A stretch of DNA of 64,000 bases from Crocinitomix sp. (GCA_044361315.1 JBIKJA010000012.1:380-64379); one strand, 5' to 3'; numbered from the stretch's first letter, positions 52,013-62,911 are shown. Translations and numbers: made by a program. The notes: generated by a model from the letters alone, not told the origin.

Positions 52013-53392
52013 ATGTCAAAATCCGCGTTCACGGTCATAGGAAATCAAGAATGGTGTACATTTCCTGAATTAAAAACTCCCGCTATTAGAGCGAGAATTG
52101 ACTCAGGAGCAGGCACTTCATCAATTCATGCCTCAAACATTAAACTTTTTACACGAGATGGTGAAAATTGGGTGAAATTTGAAATTCATCCTTTGCATGA
52201 ATCACCAAAGATTGTCTTGCGCAATGAAGCGAAGATAGTTGGGGTAAGAAAAGTCAAAAACACAGGTGGTACTAGTGAAAGAAGATATGTAATTAAAACA
52301 CCGATTAAAATTGGGGAATTTGTTTACGATATTGAATTGACGCTGGCCAACCGTGATTCGATGGGATTTAGAATGTTGCTTGGAAGAGAAGCCATGAAAA
52401 ATCGATTTGTGGTTGATCCGGGCGCTGTCAATTCGTTGGGTGATTATACTAAGCAGGAGATTCAAGAAATGTACCAAATGGTTGAAAAAAAGACGGGTGG
52501 TTTAAAAATTGGTGTCTTGGCGACCAACAGAGATTTGTACAGCAATATTCGAATAATGCAAGCGGGGGAGGAGCGCGGCCATGACATGAAATTTTTAAAC
52601 GCCGAATTGTGTTACATGAAAATGGACGCGGATGCACCTGAAATTCGGTATCGCGACGGCACAAAATTAGAAGAATTAGATGCCATTATTCCAAGATTAC
52701 GTCCGTCAATGACCCATTATGGTTGTGCATTGATTCGCCAATTTGTTTCGATTGGCACATATAGTTTGAATGGATCTGATGCCATTATGCAATCACGCGA
52801 TAAATTATTTTCATCACAAATATTTTCTAAAAACGGCATAAATACGCCGATCACAGGTTTTGCGAAGTCTCCTTTAGACACTAAAGGATTAATTCAAATG
52901 GTGAACGGCGCTCCTTTAATCGTAAAGTTGTTGGAAAGTACCCAAGGAAAAGGCGTCGTTTTAGCCGAAACGAATAAAGCAGCTGAGAGTGTAATTAACG
53001 CATTTAAAAGTCTAAAAGCAAACATTTTAGTGCAAGAATTTATCAAAGAAGCAGGTGGTAAAGATATTCGTTGTTTTGTGGTAAATGGAAAAGTGGTGGC
53101 AGCAATTCAACGCGAAGCACAAAAAGGAGAATTTAGATCGAATATCCACATGGGAGGTATTGCCAGTGTAATTAAGATAACTGCCGAAGAACGTAAATTA
53201 GCTATAAAAGCCGCGAAAGTATTGGATTTACCTGTTGCGGGAGTAGATATTATTCGCTCACACAAAGGTCCGATGGTACTTGAAGTGAACTCGTCCCCGG
53301 GATTGGAAGGTATTGAAGGAGCCACTGGAAAAGACATTGCAGGAATGATGATTGCGGCTGTGGAAGCTAAAGTAGGCTACGTGCCAGAATAA
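52013..53392 (+). CDS. rimK: RimB-like aspartyl protease fused to RimK ATP-grasp glutamate ligase
   Basis: N-term EW..FPEL...ARIDSGA.TSS.HA and [12 protein letters not shown]; C-term [37 protein letters not shown]. Confidence 0.88.
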   Translation: MSKSAFTVIGNQEWCTFPELKTPAIRARIDSGAGTSSIHASNIKLFTRDGENWVKFEIHPLHESPKIVLRNEAKIVGVRKVKNTGGTSERRYVIKTPIKIGEFVYDIELTLANRDSMGFRMLLGREAMKNRFVVDPGAVNSLGDYTKQEIQEMYQMVEKKTGGLKIGVLATNRDLYSNIRIMQAGEERGHDMKFLNAELCYMKMDADAPEIRYRDGTKLEELDAIIPRLRPSMTHYGCALIRQFVSIGTYSLNGSDAIMQSRDKLFSSQIFSKNGINTPITGFAKSPLDTKGLIQMVNGAPLIVKLLESTQGKGVVLAETNKAAESVINAFKSLKANILVQEFIKEAGGKDIRCFVVNGKVVAAIQREAQKGEFRSNIHMGGIASVIKITAEERKLAIKAAKVLDLPVAGVDIIRSHKGPMVLEVNSSPGLEGIEGATGKDIAGMMIAAVEAKVGYVPE

Positions 53393-53471
53393 TTAAAAGG
53401 TCGCGGTTCAAAACACCTCTATATTATCGTTAAGTCTGACTGTTGGACTTTTTTTACAGGTTCAAAAAGCG

Positions 53472-54012
53472 CATTCTCAAATCGAAAAATGTGAATCCTA
53501 TCAGGTGAATTGATTATTCATAGACACGTTGAGTTCATTGACGATGGTTTCTTGTAACTTGTCTGAACTCCCAAAGGATTTAATTCAGTTTGTCTCACTT
53601 AAATATGTAGATGCGAGTGATAATGAAATAAGGTATGCCACGTTTGAATTTTTACCTGATTTAATTGGACTTGATTTAAGCTACAACAAATTAGTAAGTT
53701 TCCATAAGTCCATTGATAAAATGAAATCTTTGCAGTTTTTATACCTCGATCACAATGAATTGAGAAAAATACCGGAGACGATAGAGGCGATAAATCAATT
53801 AAAAGTGTTAAACCTAAGCAATAACTATTAACCTCAACTTTGGAATTTTCCTTCTTTAAATTATTTATATTTATCTAGAAATCAATTAAAAAAACTTCCT
53901 GAATCGATTGGAAAGGTGAAAAACATTAAGTACCTATCGATTTCCAAAAAACTCTTTTCGATTGAAGCACAAAAAAAATAAAGAATTGATTCCAGAAAAC
54001 TGTCAACTAATT
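53472..54012 (+). pseudogene. Decayed leucine-rich-repeat protein gene
   Basis: LRR units (LDLSYNKL, LYLDHNEL, LYLSRNQL) continue in frame across TGA 53511 and TAA 53829; the tail (KELIPENCQL) is frameshifted. Confidence 0.75.
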
Positions 54013-54439
54013 ACGCTTTAGACTTCATCCTTTTCACAACAATTTCATTTCCTAAACTCTGAGTTTTCCATTCGTTTGGAGAAAAAACTTTCGGTAAATA
54101 ACGTAAATACAATAATGTTCGCTGTGAAATACTGTCAGGCATTCCATTCTCTCTTAAAATTCCATTGAACTCAAAAATTTCGGTGTGCGGATGTTCGTTT
54201 AAAAACAATTTGATAATTTCGGCAATTGTGGTCATTACTCGGAATACATCTCCTTTATTCGTGACGACATATTCCTCGCCTTCGTATTCATCGTTTAGAA
54301 CGCCGAACACGACAATAACATGAAGGATATTATCCTTTTTACGTCCAAATCTTACCTCATACTCAACGTCAAATTTGGTGGTAAATTTATACACATCTCC
54401 ACTAGGAATATCGGGCGCTATGATTGGATAAGGTGTCAT
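54011..54439 (-). CDS. Hypothetical protein (possibly DUF6934-like)
   Basis: 142-aa ORF with TNKGDVFRVMTT; CAAAGATA (minus-strand TATCTTTG) box at 54448-55. Confidence 0.6.
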   Translation of the reverse strand: MTPYPIIAPDIPSGDVYKFTTKFDVEYEVRFGRKKDNILHVIVVFGVLNDEYEGEEYVVTNKGDVFRVMTTIAEIIKLFLNEHPHTEIFEFNGILRENGMPDSISQRTLLYLRYLPKVFSPNEWKTQSLGNEIVVKRMKSKA

Positions 54440-57400
54440 TTAATTACCAAAGATAACATAATCTCTGCTAATATTCTCCTCCCTTGCCGAAGGAATTTGT
54501 TTCCCATTTGACATTTCACTAACATTTGTATTAACATATGCACGAATATAGGATAAGGTAACATCTGATTGATCAAGTTTACTTAACCCTTGTAAGAAAA
54601 CATAGGTGAAAAGTCCATTTTTCCATTGATCACTTTCAATTGCATATTCGCCTCCACCCGCACTCGAAATCACCGTAGCACCCGATCCTTTAATTACCGA
54701 AGAAAACTCATACGAAGTCAATTTTGAAACATTTTCGGCACCAAGCCCTTCCTTTTCTCGCACTCCAACTCCTGCCCCCCTAAATTTTACATCTCCCTCT
54801 CCATTTAACGCATTAGTGTCTTCCTCTATCTCCTCTTTGTCTAACTCACCGGAATGACAAGTATCCATCACCAATAATTTTTGATAGGCTCGAATCCCAT
54901 TTAAAATACTTGTAATTCTACTGTAAGATAGTCCTCTTAACTCCGGCGAATCAAAATCCATGTCATGTGTTCCAAAAAAATAATCATAATCCACATTTAA
55001 CACTCCATGTCCTGCAATAAATAGAATTGCCATATCTTCGTGGGTGCAATTTTTGAAAAACTCACTTAATGAATTGATGTTTTCGAGGGTTACCTGTTCA
55101 TTGGTAAGTAACTTTGAATGAATGGTATTATACCTATTTTTAGATTCGCCAAATTTGGCTAAAATATCAGTCGCATCCTTTGCTGCATATTTGAGGTTAA
55201 ATCGCGCATCTTTATAAGACGAAACCCCAACCGTAGCGATGTACAAATCATGCTTTATCTCATCACTATTTCGGACTATTTCAATTGTTTCGTATAATGA
55301 TTCGGTGCCATTCACGTTCATACAGGTAATCAAAATCTTGTTTTTATCGCGAATCAAGGGAACGTTAATTTCTGTGCGATAAGACTTTACATAAGGTGGA
55401 ATTGTCATCCCGTTTTCGCCATAAATTGGCACATTGTTCACATAAACATCAATTCGTTTGAGGGCATAATTGTCATCCCATGCTTTGATCCAAAATTTTT
55501 GTTCCCCATTGGTGGTGACGATGTCATAAGGCGTTTCATTTACCAAATTCGGGATTTTATAATCTATTTTTAATTGCCCTTCATCTAAATTTAATTTTTT
55601 CACCCGCTTTTGATAGAGGTAGTAGTAAGCCCGAATTAACTCCTCAGAACTCTTTCCAATTCGCCTAGCAACGATGTCAGGTCGATTTAATTGCAAATCA
55701 AATTGCTCAAAAGGCACCAATTTATCCGCAATTCTAAACGCAATTCCACTAAGCGCATTACGAGAGGAAATATAATAACTATCGGGTGTATAAATCATAA
55801 ACTCCTTACTTCCTATCGCTAAGTAAGAAACAACCAATTCGCAGGTTGAATAATCTGAATAATTGACGATGCCATCAGTTGAAGCAGAATAAAAGCGATA
55901 CGTATTCGGATCACAAATAACTTTAATAACCTCTCCCTTATGACTGCTAAATTTACATTTTAATTTACCTGTTTCTGTGTCCCAAGCAATGAGTGAATTA
56001 TCTGAAGTGGCCACCTCCGAATTTCCAGCGCCGGAGACTAAAAATTTTCCATCACTTGAATAATCAACTGTATTTACAATATTAACATGTCCAATTAATT
56101 GATGTTCAGTTTGCCAAGTGGTGGTATTTCTTAAAAATATAGTTTTGTCCCAAGCTGCTGTGGCTAATTGATTTCCAGAAGGGCTGAATTTGACATCGTG
56201 TATAGAAATGGTTTGATCTTCAAATCGTTTGATTTCCTTTTTCGTATTCAAATCCCAAATTCTGGTGGTTTGATCCAAGGATCCAGTAGCAAGCCAAGGT
56301 TTTGTTGGATGAAAATCCAAACCTAAAATTCCACCTGTGTGTCCGTCAAACTCCATGATTTTTTTTGCCGTTGATAAATCCCAAATTTTAACTTTATTTA
56401 AATACCCCGCTCCCGCTAATTTTGTTCCATCTTTAGATACCGCCAACGATTGAATTAATTCGTAATCTGTGTCAAATCTCTTTATTTGTTGGCCTGTTTC
56501 CACATCAAACATTCCTAGTTCAACTTGGTAAGTCATGGCAATTATTGATTTTCCATCTGGCGTAAACTGACAAGGAAAAAATGCTTGAATACTATCCGTT
56601 ACTCGATTCAATTCTAAGTCCCAAATTTTTAATTGTAATTTGTCCGTGGCTACCGCTAGATATCGCCCTGTAGGATCATAGGCCATGTTATAAATTCGAC
56701 TCACCCTTGATTTTAATTGGCGGAAAACAGACTTTTTTTTGTAGTCGTAGAGCGTGATTACATTATGATTGCCAATCACCACAATATGCCCTAGAGGGTG
56801 AGAAGTTAGGCATTGGGCCCGCATATCCGAAATATCAGCCATTCCGCCATTGCTGGTGTTAATGACTTTCCGTTCGATGATTTTTTTTGTCCCATAATCA
56901 AAAAGAACCACCTCTCCTGAATGTAATGTAAAATAAAGTACAGTTTGTTTTCGGTCAAAAGATAGACTTAAAATTTTGGTGTCAAGCGATTTAGATTCGT
57001 ATTCAAAATTGCCCGTTTCGGTATTTAAGATTCTTATCACATCATCGTTAAAACCATACGCAACAAATTTTCCATCCATGCTCAAATCTGAATTACTAAA
57101 TGGAGAGTTGAATTCTTTAAATAATTGTTTGGTATAAACTAACGATCTAGTTTCCAAATTAATTTTGAAAAGTCTCCCTAAATGATCCAACGAATAAGCC
57201 ATTTTTTTAATTGGATCAACCACCAAGTTCATCGAATATGTATCGTAAATCACCTGTTTGGTTTGGTTAAAAACGTCTAATTCAGCAATTCTTGAATCTT
57301 TATCCACAAAATAAATCAATTTTCCGTCGGTAGAAAAAGCCATCCCACGACCAGAACTGGCGGCGCCTTTATAGATTACTTTGTTCGTATAGACATCCCA

Positions 57401-57703
57401 TACAAGTAATTCACCCGAAGATGTCGTACTGGCAATATGTTGATTATCTGGAGAAAAAGCAATTTCTTCAGGACGCCCATCCATACCAGAGATACTCGTA
57501 AATTCCATTCCTAACGAAATATCCCAAATTTTAAGTTGTTTATCGTTCGATCCACTGGCAAGAAAACGTGCATTCGGAGACACCGCCAAGGCTTCTATTT
57601 GTTCATTGTGCCCAACTGTGAGCATGATTTGGGGTTTAGCCTGAGCAAAACCACCAATCGAAAAAAGGATACCAAGCGATATGAAAAGGAAAAATTTGAG
57701 CAT
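54440..57703 (-). CDS. Secreted WD40-repeat protein with C-terminal caspase (peptidase C14) domain
   Basis: Signal peptide; many GH...WD repeats; AGHG His and DTCHSG Cys dyad. Confidence 0.88.
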   Translation of the reverse strand: MLKFFLFISLGILFSIGGFAQAKPQIMLTVGHNEQIEALAVSPNARFLASGSNDKQLKIWDISLGMEFTSISGMDGRPEEIAFSPDNQHIASTTSSGELLVWDVYTNKVIYKGAASSGRGMAFSTDGKLIYFVDKDSRIAELDVFNQTKQVIYDTYSMNLVVDPIKKMAYSLDHLGRLFKINLETRSLVYTKQLFKEFNSPFSNSDLSMDGKFVAYGFNDDVIRILNTETGNFEYESKSLDTKILSLSFDRKQTVLYFTLHSGEVVLFDYGTKKIIERKVINTSNGGMADISDMRAQCLTSHPLGHIVVIGNHNVITLYDYKKKSVFRQLKSRVSRIYNMAYDPTGRYLAVATDKLQLKIWDLELNRVTDSIQAFFPCQFTPDGKSIIAMTYQVELGMFDVETGQQIKRFDTDYELIQSLAVSKDGTKLAGAGYLNKVKIWDLSTAKKIMEFDGHTGGILGLDFHPTKPWLATGSLDQTTRIWDLNTKKEIKRFEDQTISIHDVKFSPSGNQLATAAWDKTIFLRNTTTWQTEHQLIGHVNIVNTVDYSSDGKFLVSGAGNSEVATSDNSLIAWDTETGKLKCKFSSHKGEVIKVICDPNTYRFYSASTDGIVNYSDYSTCELVVSYLAIGSKEFMIYTPDSYYISSRNALSGIAFRIADKLVPFEQFDLQLNRPDIVARRIGKSSEELIRAYYYLYQKRVKKLNLDEGQLKIDYKIPNLVNETPYDIVTTNGEQKFWIKAWDDNYALKRIDVYVNNVPIYGENGMTIPPYVKSYRTEINVPLIRDKNKILITCMNVNGTESLYETIEIVRNSDEIKHDLYIATVGVSSYKDARFNLKYAAKDATDILAKFGESKNRYNTIHSKLLTNEQVTLENINSLSEFFKNCTHEDMAILFIAGHGVLNVDYDYFFGTHDMDFDSPELRGLSYSRITSILNGIRAYQKLLVMDTCHSGELDKEEIEEDTNALNGEGDVKFRGAGVGVREKEGLGAENVSKLTSYEFSSVIKGSGATVISSAGGGEYAIESDQWKNGLFTYVFLQGLSKLDQSDVTLSYIRAYVNTNVSEMSNGKQIPSAREENISRDYVIFGN

Positions 57704-57708
57704 TTTAT

Positions 57709-58797
57709 TTAACTAAAATAACGGAAATCCTGTTCATTCTTTACGGCTAAAACTGCTTCATAAATTAACCGAATTCCATTTTCAACATCTTCTTTGTGCG
57801 CCATTTCAACTGTCGTATGCATATAGCGTAAAGGTGTCGAAATCAACACCGAAGGAACGCCCGAATTTGAATAAGCAAATGCGTCGGTATCAGTTCCTGT
57901 AGCTCTTGAAACAGCAGCTCGTTGGAACGGAATTTTATTTTTTTCAGCCACGTCAATTACCAATTTCAATAAATTGTTTTGAACTGCAGGGCCATAGGTT
58001 AGAACTGGACCTAAGCCACTTTTTAAATCTCCTTGCTCTACTTTATTGATCATTGGCGTCGAAGTATCGTGACATACATCCGTAACAATTGCTACGTTGG
58101 GTTGAATACTTTGAGCAACCATTTCAGCGCCCCGAAGGCCAACTTCTTCTTGCACTGCGTTGACAATATACAATCCAAATGGCAGTTTGTTTTTATTTTC
58201 TTTAATTAAACGAGCTACTTCGGCAATCATAAATCCACCTATTCGATTATCTAACGCTCTTCCAACCAAGCGATTATTATTTAAAACGATAAATTCATCC
58301 TCATAAGTAATCACACAGCCTACATGTACACCCATTTTTTCGACTTCTTCTTTCGAATCGCACCCACAATCAAGAAAGATATTCTTTAAGGTAGGGGTTT
58401 CTTCTTTTGAGTCACGAGTATGAATTGCTGGCCATCCAAAAACTGCCTTCACAATTCCTTTATCCGTGTGAATATTCACCCGCTTTGATGGCGCAATTTG
58501 ATGATCAGATCCGCCATTTCGACGCACATAAATGAACCCTTCTTTAGTAATGTAGTGAACAAACCAAGAAATTTCATCTGCATGGGCCTCAATCACTACT
58601 TTATACTTCGCTTTTGGATTGATAATTCCAACCACCGTGCCATAATTATCAACACGATAATCATCAATATATGGTTTTAAGTAATCCAGCCAAATTTTCT
58701 GACCTTCTTGTTCAAATCCAGTTGGCGAAGCATTGTTTAAATACTTCTCCATAAAAAGCATTGATTTTTTTGTAATGATTTCTTTGTTCTTAGCCAT
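57709..58797 (-). CDS. M42 family aminopeptidase
   Basis: AHADEI, RALDNR.G, QEEVGLRGA, DVCH, GTD, LRYMHT. Confidence 0.9.
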   Translation of the reverse strand: MAKNKEIITKKSMLFMEKYLNNASPTGFEQEGQKIWLDYLKPYIDDYRVDNYGTVVGIINPKAKYKVVIEAHADEISWFVHYITKEGFIYVRRNGGSDHQIAPSKRVNIHTDKGIVKAVFGWPAIHTRDSKEETPTLKNIFLDCGCDSKEEVEKMGVHVGCVITYEDEFIVLNNNRLVGRALDNRIGGFMIAEVARLIKENKNKLPFGLYIVNAVQEEVGLRGAEMVAQSIQPNVAIVTDVCHDTSTPMINKVEQGDLKSGLGPVLTYGPAVQNNLLKLVIDVAEKNKIPFQRAAVSRATGTDTDAFAYSNSGVPSVLISTPLRYMHTTVEMAHKEDVENGIRLIYEAVLAVKNEQDFRYFS

Positions 58798-58988
58798 CGC
58801 TTTAAATTAATTTTTTTGTTTGAAATTATCCTTGCATAAATGTCTGTTTATTTTCAATAAAATCAAAGTTTATACTCAAGAAAGTATCAACCTTTTTCAA
58901 TTTAATAGATTTTATTAGATTTAGCTAATTAAACTCGATTCGCTTTTTGAAATATTTCAAAGCTTCCGATTGGTGAGAATTGTGATGA

Positions 58989-59183
58989 CCAAGAAAAAAT
59001 CTCATATTCAAGCTTTTAAAGCTTGTTTCAAAAGGAATTGACACAGACCGAATAAAAACAACTGGACATGGTGCGTCACTTCCATAAGTGTCTGTTGAAA
59101 ATTTTAAAAAATTAAAATCGAAAGACGAAAAAGAAAAACCCCATCAAAAAAATCGAAGAACCGCAGTTACTATTTTATCTTGA
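58989..59183 (+). pseudogene. Remnant of an OmpA C-terminal domain
   Basis: Frame reads LVSKGIDTDRIKTTGHGASLP*VSVENFKKLKSKDEKEKPHQKNRRTAVTILS*; no start codon and an internal TAA. Confidence 0.7.
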
Positions 59184-59277
59184 TCATTCATCAATTTCTA
59201 TTCGTTCTATAAAAACCGCTAATCCGTCTTCGTATTTTGTTAACTTTGGTAAGACTTTTGAATTAAAATCTTCAACT

Positions 59278-60351
59278 ATGAAACATTTTGCGCTGTTGAT
59301 CACTTTATTTTGCTGCTTGCCCAGTTTCGGACAAAAATATTCCTTGGCCGATTTTTTTATTTATGACGCCGATTTGGAACAAAAAATAGATGAAATATTC
59401 GATGATTTAAACGACACCAGCCGTGTTGGACAGATGATTATTCCTGCAGCAGGAAAATCGGGCAAACCTGATGAGCATATCAATTACTTGATTCAAAAAA
59501 AATACATCGGTGGGATGATTTTACTGAATGGTACGAAAGAGGGGTTTATTGAAATGGTAAAACGATTTAACGCATCAAATCCTGGACTCCCATTTATTTA
59601 TTCGGCAGATGCTGAACCTACCTTGATTGGATACAAAATAAAAAATTGTACACCTGTTAAAAAGGCCAATGAAATGATCAGTCGGGATGAAGTTCGATTT
59701 TTTGCTTCGAGTATTTGTAAGGATTTAAAAGAAATCGGAATTCAGTACAATTATGCTCCTGTGGTTGATATGTCGCCGAACGAAGCGATTTCGAATCGAG
59801 CATTCGGGAACAATGCAGATACAGCTCAAATCTGGTCTCGAATTTTCATTGAAGAAACACAAAAAAATGGATTGGTAGCCACAGCTAAGCATTTTCCTGG
59901 ACATGGTTATGTGATTGGCGATACCCATAAAAATCTTGTGTATATCGACGGTGAAATGAAGGAATTAAATAACTATTCACCGCTAATTAAAGCAGGTGTT
60001 TTGTCAATAATGATTGGACACATTGCGGTTAAAAATAATCCGACCTATAATACCAATAATTTACCTTCTTCGGTTTCAAAGAATATTGTGACTGATTTAT
60101 TAAAAAATGAGATGAATTTCAAAGGATTGGTGGTTACAGATGCTATGAATATGGGCGGAGTTGCCTCCATTCCTGATTGCGAATTAAAAGCGGCAAAAGC
60201 AGGTTGTGATTTAATTTTAATGCCTGTAAACGAAGAAAAAGCAATTTTCGACATTCTAACTTCAATGAGTACCGAACCAATTTTTAAGAAACAAATTTAT
60301 GCTTCAGTTCGCAAAATTATTCGTTTAAAAATTTGTTTGGGGCTGATTTAA
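59278..60351 (+). CDS. GH3 beta-N-acetylhexosaminidase (NagZ-like, single domain) with signal peptide
   Basis: NYAPVVD, NRAFG, KHFPGHG....DTH NagZ signature, TDAMNM. Confidence 0.8.
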   Translation: MKHFALLITLFCCLPSFGQKYSLADFFIYDADLEQKIDEIFDDLNDTSRVGQMIIPAAGKSGKPDEHINYLIQKKYIGGMILLNGTKEGFIEMVKRFNASNPGLPFIYSADAEPTLIGYKIKNCTPVKKANEMISRDEVRFFASSICKDLKEIGIQYNYAPVVDMSPNEAISNRAFGNNADTAQIWSRIFIEETQKNGLVATAKHFPGHGYVIGDTHKNLVYIDGEMKELNNYSPLIKAGVLSIMIGHIAVKNNPTYNTNNLPSSVSKNIVTDLLKNEMNFKGLVVTDAMNMGGVASIPDCELKAAKAGCDLILMPVNEEKAIFDILTSMSTEPIFKKQIYASVRKIIRLKICLGLI

Positions 60352-60412
60352 TTGAATTGTTTGTAGCTCCTTGAGTGTCTTTCAAAAGACGAACTTGAAA
60401 ATCTTTAGTACC

Positions 60413-61351
60413 TTATTCAATAGAAATTCCTCGTTCAAGAATAGCAATTCTTTTTTCAATTGGAGGATGTGTTGCAAATAATCCACCTATAAATGAGAAA
60501 AATCCAGCTTTAGGTTTATTTTCGATGAACATTTGTTTCATGTCATCACTCTTTATATTTTCAACTTCACTTTGTCCTGAAATTTTGCGAAGTGCTGAGG
60601 CCAAAGCACCAGCATTCTTGGTCATTTCCACAGCACCTGCATCAGCCAAATATTCTCTTTTTCGCGAAAGGGCAAATTTAAAGAGCAAAGACAAGCCATA
60701 GACCACTGCTGCAATTAACAATGCAACAATTATTAATTTTCCATCGGTTTTTTTGTTATTTCTATTCCCCGCACCATATAATAATGATCGAAATAGCACC
60801 GAAACAATGAAGGAAAAAATTCCTACGAAAATGATAGATATTATCAACAACCGCACATCTTTATTTCGAATATGCGCCAATTCATGTGCCATCACGCCTT
60901 CCAATTCTTCATCATCGAGCGTATCAATTATCCCTCGTGTCAACGTCACTGCATACGACTTTTCATCGATTCCACTTGCAAAAGCATTTAAAGCATTTGT
61001 TTCAATGACAAATAACTTGGGCATTTTCATCCCTTTAGAAATACATAAGTTTTCTAAAAGGTTATAAATCCTCATATTATCCTTACGATCAAGTGAATGC
61101 GCTCCTGTCGAAAGCCGAATCATCGTCGAATTAGCGAAATAAGCAATCAAAAACCAGATGAGTACACCTGCCAACACAAATGGAATTGCATACAGAAAAT
61201 CCTTATTCGCTTGTTCTAAATTGGACAGCCCAATCGTAAAATAAAAAAAGGCGTAGACCCCAACTAAAATTAATCCTGGAAAGGCACATAACAATAGAAA
61301 GGATCTAATATTGTTCCTCCGAATTTGTTTATTGAGACCGATAAAGCGCAT
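60413..61351 (-). CDS. htpX: M48 zinc metalloprotease (HtpX family)
   Basis: NAFASG, HELAH, SRKREYLAD, THPP...RI. Confidence 0.88.
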   Translation of the reverse strand: MRFIGLNKQIRRNNIRSFLLLCAFPGLILVGVYAFFYFTIGLSNLEQANKDFLYAIPFVLAGVLIWFLIAYFANSTMIRLSTGAHSLDRKDNMRIYNLLENLCISKGMKMPKLFVIETNALNAFASGIDEKSYAVTLTRGIIDTLDDEELEGVMAHELAHIRNKDVRLLIISIIFVGIFSFIVSVLFRSLLYGAGNRNNKKTDGKLIIVALLIAAVVYGLSLLFKFALSRKREYLADAGAVEMTKNAGALASALRKISGQSEVENIKSDDMKQMFIENKPKAGFFSFIGGLFATHPPIEKRIAILERGISIE

Positions 61352-61369
61352 ACGAAAAATTTAAAACAA

Positions 61370-61403
61370 CAAAACCAATTGATCGTTTAACCAATTGGTT
61401 TTG
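61370..61403. other. Perfect 12-bp inverted repeat between lemA and htpX
   Basis: CAAAACCAATTG / CAATTGGTTTTG with a 10-nt loop. Confidence 0.6.
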
Positions 61404-61413
61404 ATTTTTATGA

Positions 61414-61974
61414 TTAAAATTTGATCTCTGGAGCAACCTCGAGTCGCTCTCTTTGTTCAACACCTAGGTCAAACATCGGTTCTCTACCATATTTTTTAAA
61501 ACCAGCAATAACACTTGATGGAAATTGTTCAATTCCATCGTTGTACTCTTTTGTAGCTGAATTAAAATAACGTCTTACGGCAGATAATTTATTTTCAATA
61601 TCTCCTATTTCTGTTTGTAAGTGCATAAAATTTGCACTTGCCTTTAAATCTGGATAAGCTTCAACTTGCAATCTAAAGCCAGACATCGCAGATGCCATCA
61701 TGCCTTCTGCGGCAATTTTATCTGGTATTGTTTGCGCCGACATCGATTGATTTCTAGCTTCGGTGATGCGGGTAAGTACCTCGCTTTCGTGGTTCATATA
61801 TCCCTTAACTGCTCCCATTAACTGAGGAATCAAATCATTTCGTTGTTTTAACTGAACATCAATGTCTGCAAACGCATTTTCTCTTCCATTTTTCAACGAA
61901 ACCAAACGGTTATTTATTGATACAATCCAAATAATCATCAATAATACGCCTAAACCAATAAGTAAACCCACCAT
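61414..61974 (-). CDS. lemA: LemA family protein
   Basis: N-terminal TM, IDVQLKQR.DLIP, EAYPDLKAS.NF, RRYFN; ATG at 61974 preferred. Confidence 0.92.
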   Translation of the reverse strand: MVGLLIGLGVLLMIIWIVSINNRLVSLKNGRENAFADIDVQLKQRNDLIPQLMGAVKGYMNHESEVLTRITEARNQSMSAQTIPDKIAAEGMMASAMSGFRLQVEAYPDLKASANFMHLQTEIGDIENKLSAVRRYFNSATKEYNDGIEQFPSSVIAGFKKYGREPMFDLGVEQRERLEVAPEIKF

Positions 61975-62049
61975 AATTTTATAAATTTTATTATACAAAA
62001 GTAAAAATAGTATAATAAATAGAATAATCTTAAAAAAATTCAAACAAAA

Positions 62050-62078
62050 AAAAACCACCCATTTTAAGGGTGGTTTTT
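62050..62078 (-). terminator. Intrinsic terminator after the transaldolase gene
   Basis: AAAAACCACCC/GGGTGGTTTTT stem with a long T tract on the minus strand. Confidence 0.8.
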
Positions 62079-62096
62079 AAGTCAAACATTTATGGT

Positions 62097-62753
62097 TTAT
62101 TGGTTTCCTTTTTTATAATCAGCCAAAAATTGGGCTAAACCTGAATCTGTTAAAGGGTGCTTTAACAATCCTGTAATCGCGCTTAAAGGCCCTGTCATTA
62201 CATCAGCCCCAATTTCTGCACAGCCAATAATGTGCATCGAATGTCTGACTGACGCAGCAAGAATTTGCGTTTCAAACATATAATTGTCGTAAATCAACCT
62301 AATTTGTGCAATTAAATCGAGTCCGTTCGAAGAAATATCATCCAAACGACCAACAAAAGGTGAAAGATAGGTTGCGCCTGCTTTCGCAGCCAAAATAGCT
62401 TGACCTGCCGAAAAAACAAGCGTACAATTCGTTTTAATTCCTTTATCTGAAAAATATTTAATCGCTTTAATTCCGTCTTTTGTCATCGGAATTTTCACCA
62501 CAATATTTGGGTGTAACGAAGCCAAGTTCTCGCCTTCACGAATCATTCCTTCCAAGTCAGTAGCAATTACTTCGGCACTTACATCGCCGTCCACAATATT
62601 ACAAATGTCCACATAATGTTTTAGAATTCTGTCAGTTCCAGTAATTCCTTCTTTCGCCATTAATGAGGGGTTGGTGGTCACACCGTCCAAAATCCCTAGG
62701 TCATTAGCTTCGCGAATTTCATCCAAATTTGCCGTGTCAATAAAAAATTTCAT
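62097..62753 (-). CDS. fsa: Transaldolase / fructose-6-phosphate aldolase family
   Basis: [39 protein letters not shown]. Confidence 0.9.
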   Translation of the reverse strand: MKFFIDTANLDEIREANDLGILDGVTTNPSLMAKEGITGTDRILKHYVDICNIVDGDVSAEVIATDLEGMIREGENLASLHPNIVVKIPMTKDGIKAIKYFSDKGIKTNCTLVFSAGQAILAAKAGATYLSPFVGRLDDISSNGLDLIAQIRLIYDNYMFETQILAASVRHSMHIIGCAEIGADVMTGPLSAITGLLKHPLTDSGLAQFLADYKKGNQ

Positions 62754-62911
62754 TTTAAGCCGTTTTAGTTTTTGCAAAGATACACTTTGAAAAGCCTTTT
62801 CTTCGAAAAATTATTAACAGAATATACACGGAATCAGCCTTAAAATCTTTTCAAGGATCTTCTTCTAAAAAATATTGTTTTTAGGTGCTCGAGTTAGGTG
62901 TGGTGTTTTTT

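Noticed and set aside
58925-59190. Minus-strand frame with one internal TGA, suggesting readthrough or selenocysteine
   Set aside because: It is the antisense shadow of the plus-strand OmpA remnant, and no SECIS-like hairpin was seen.
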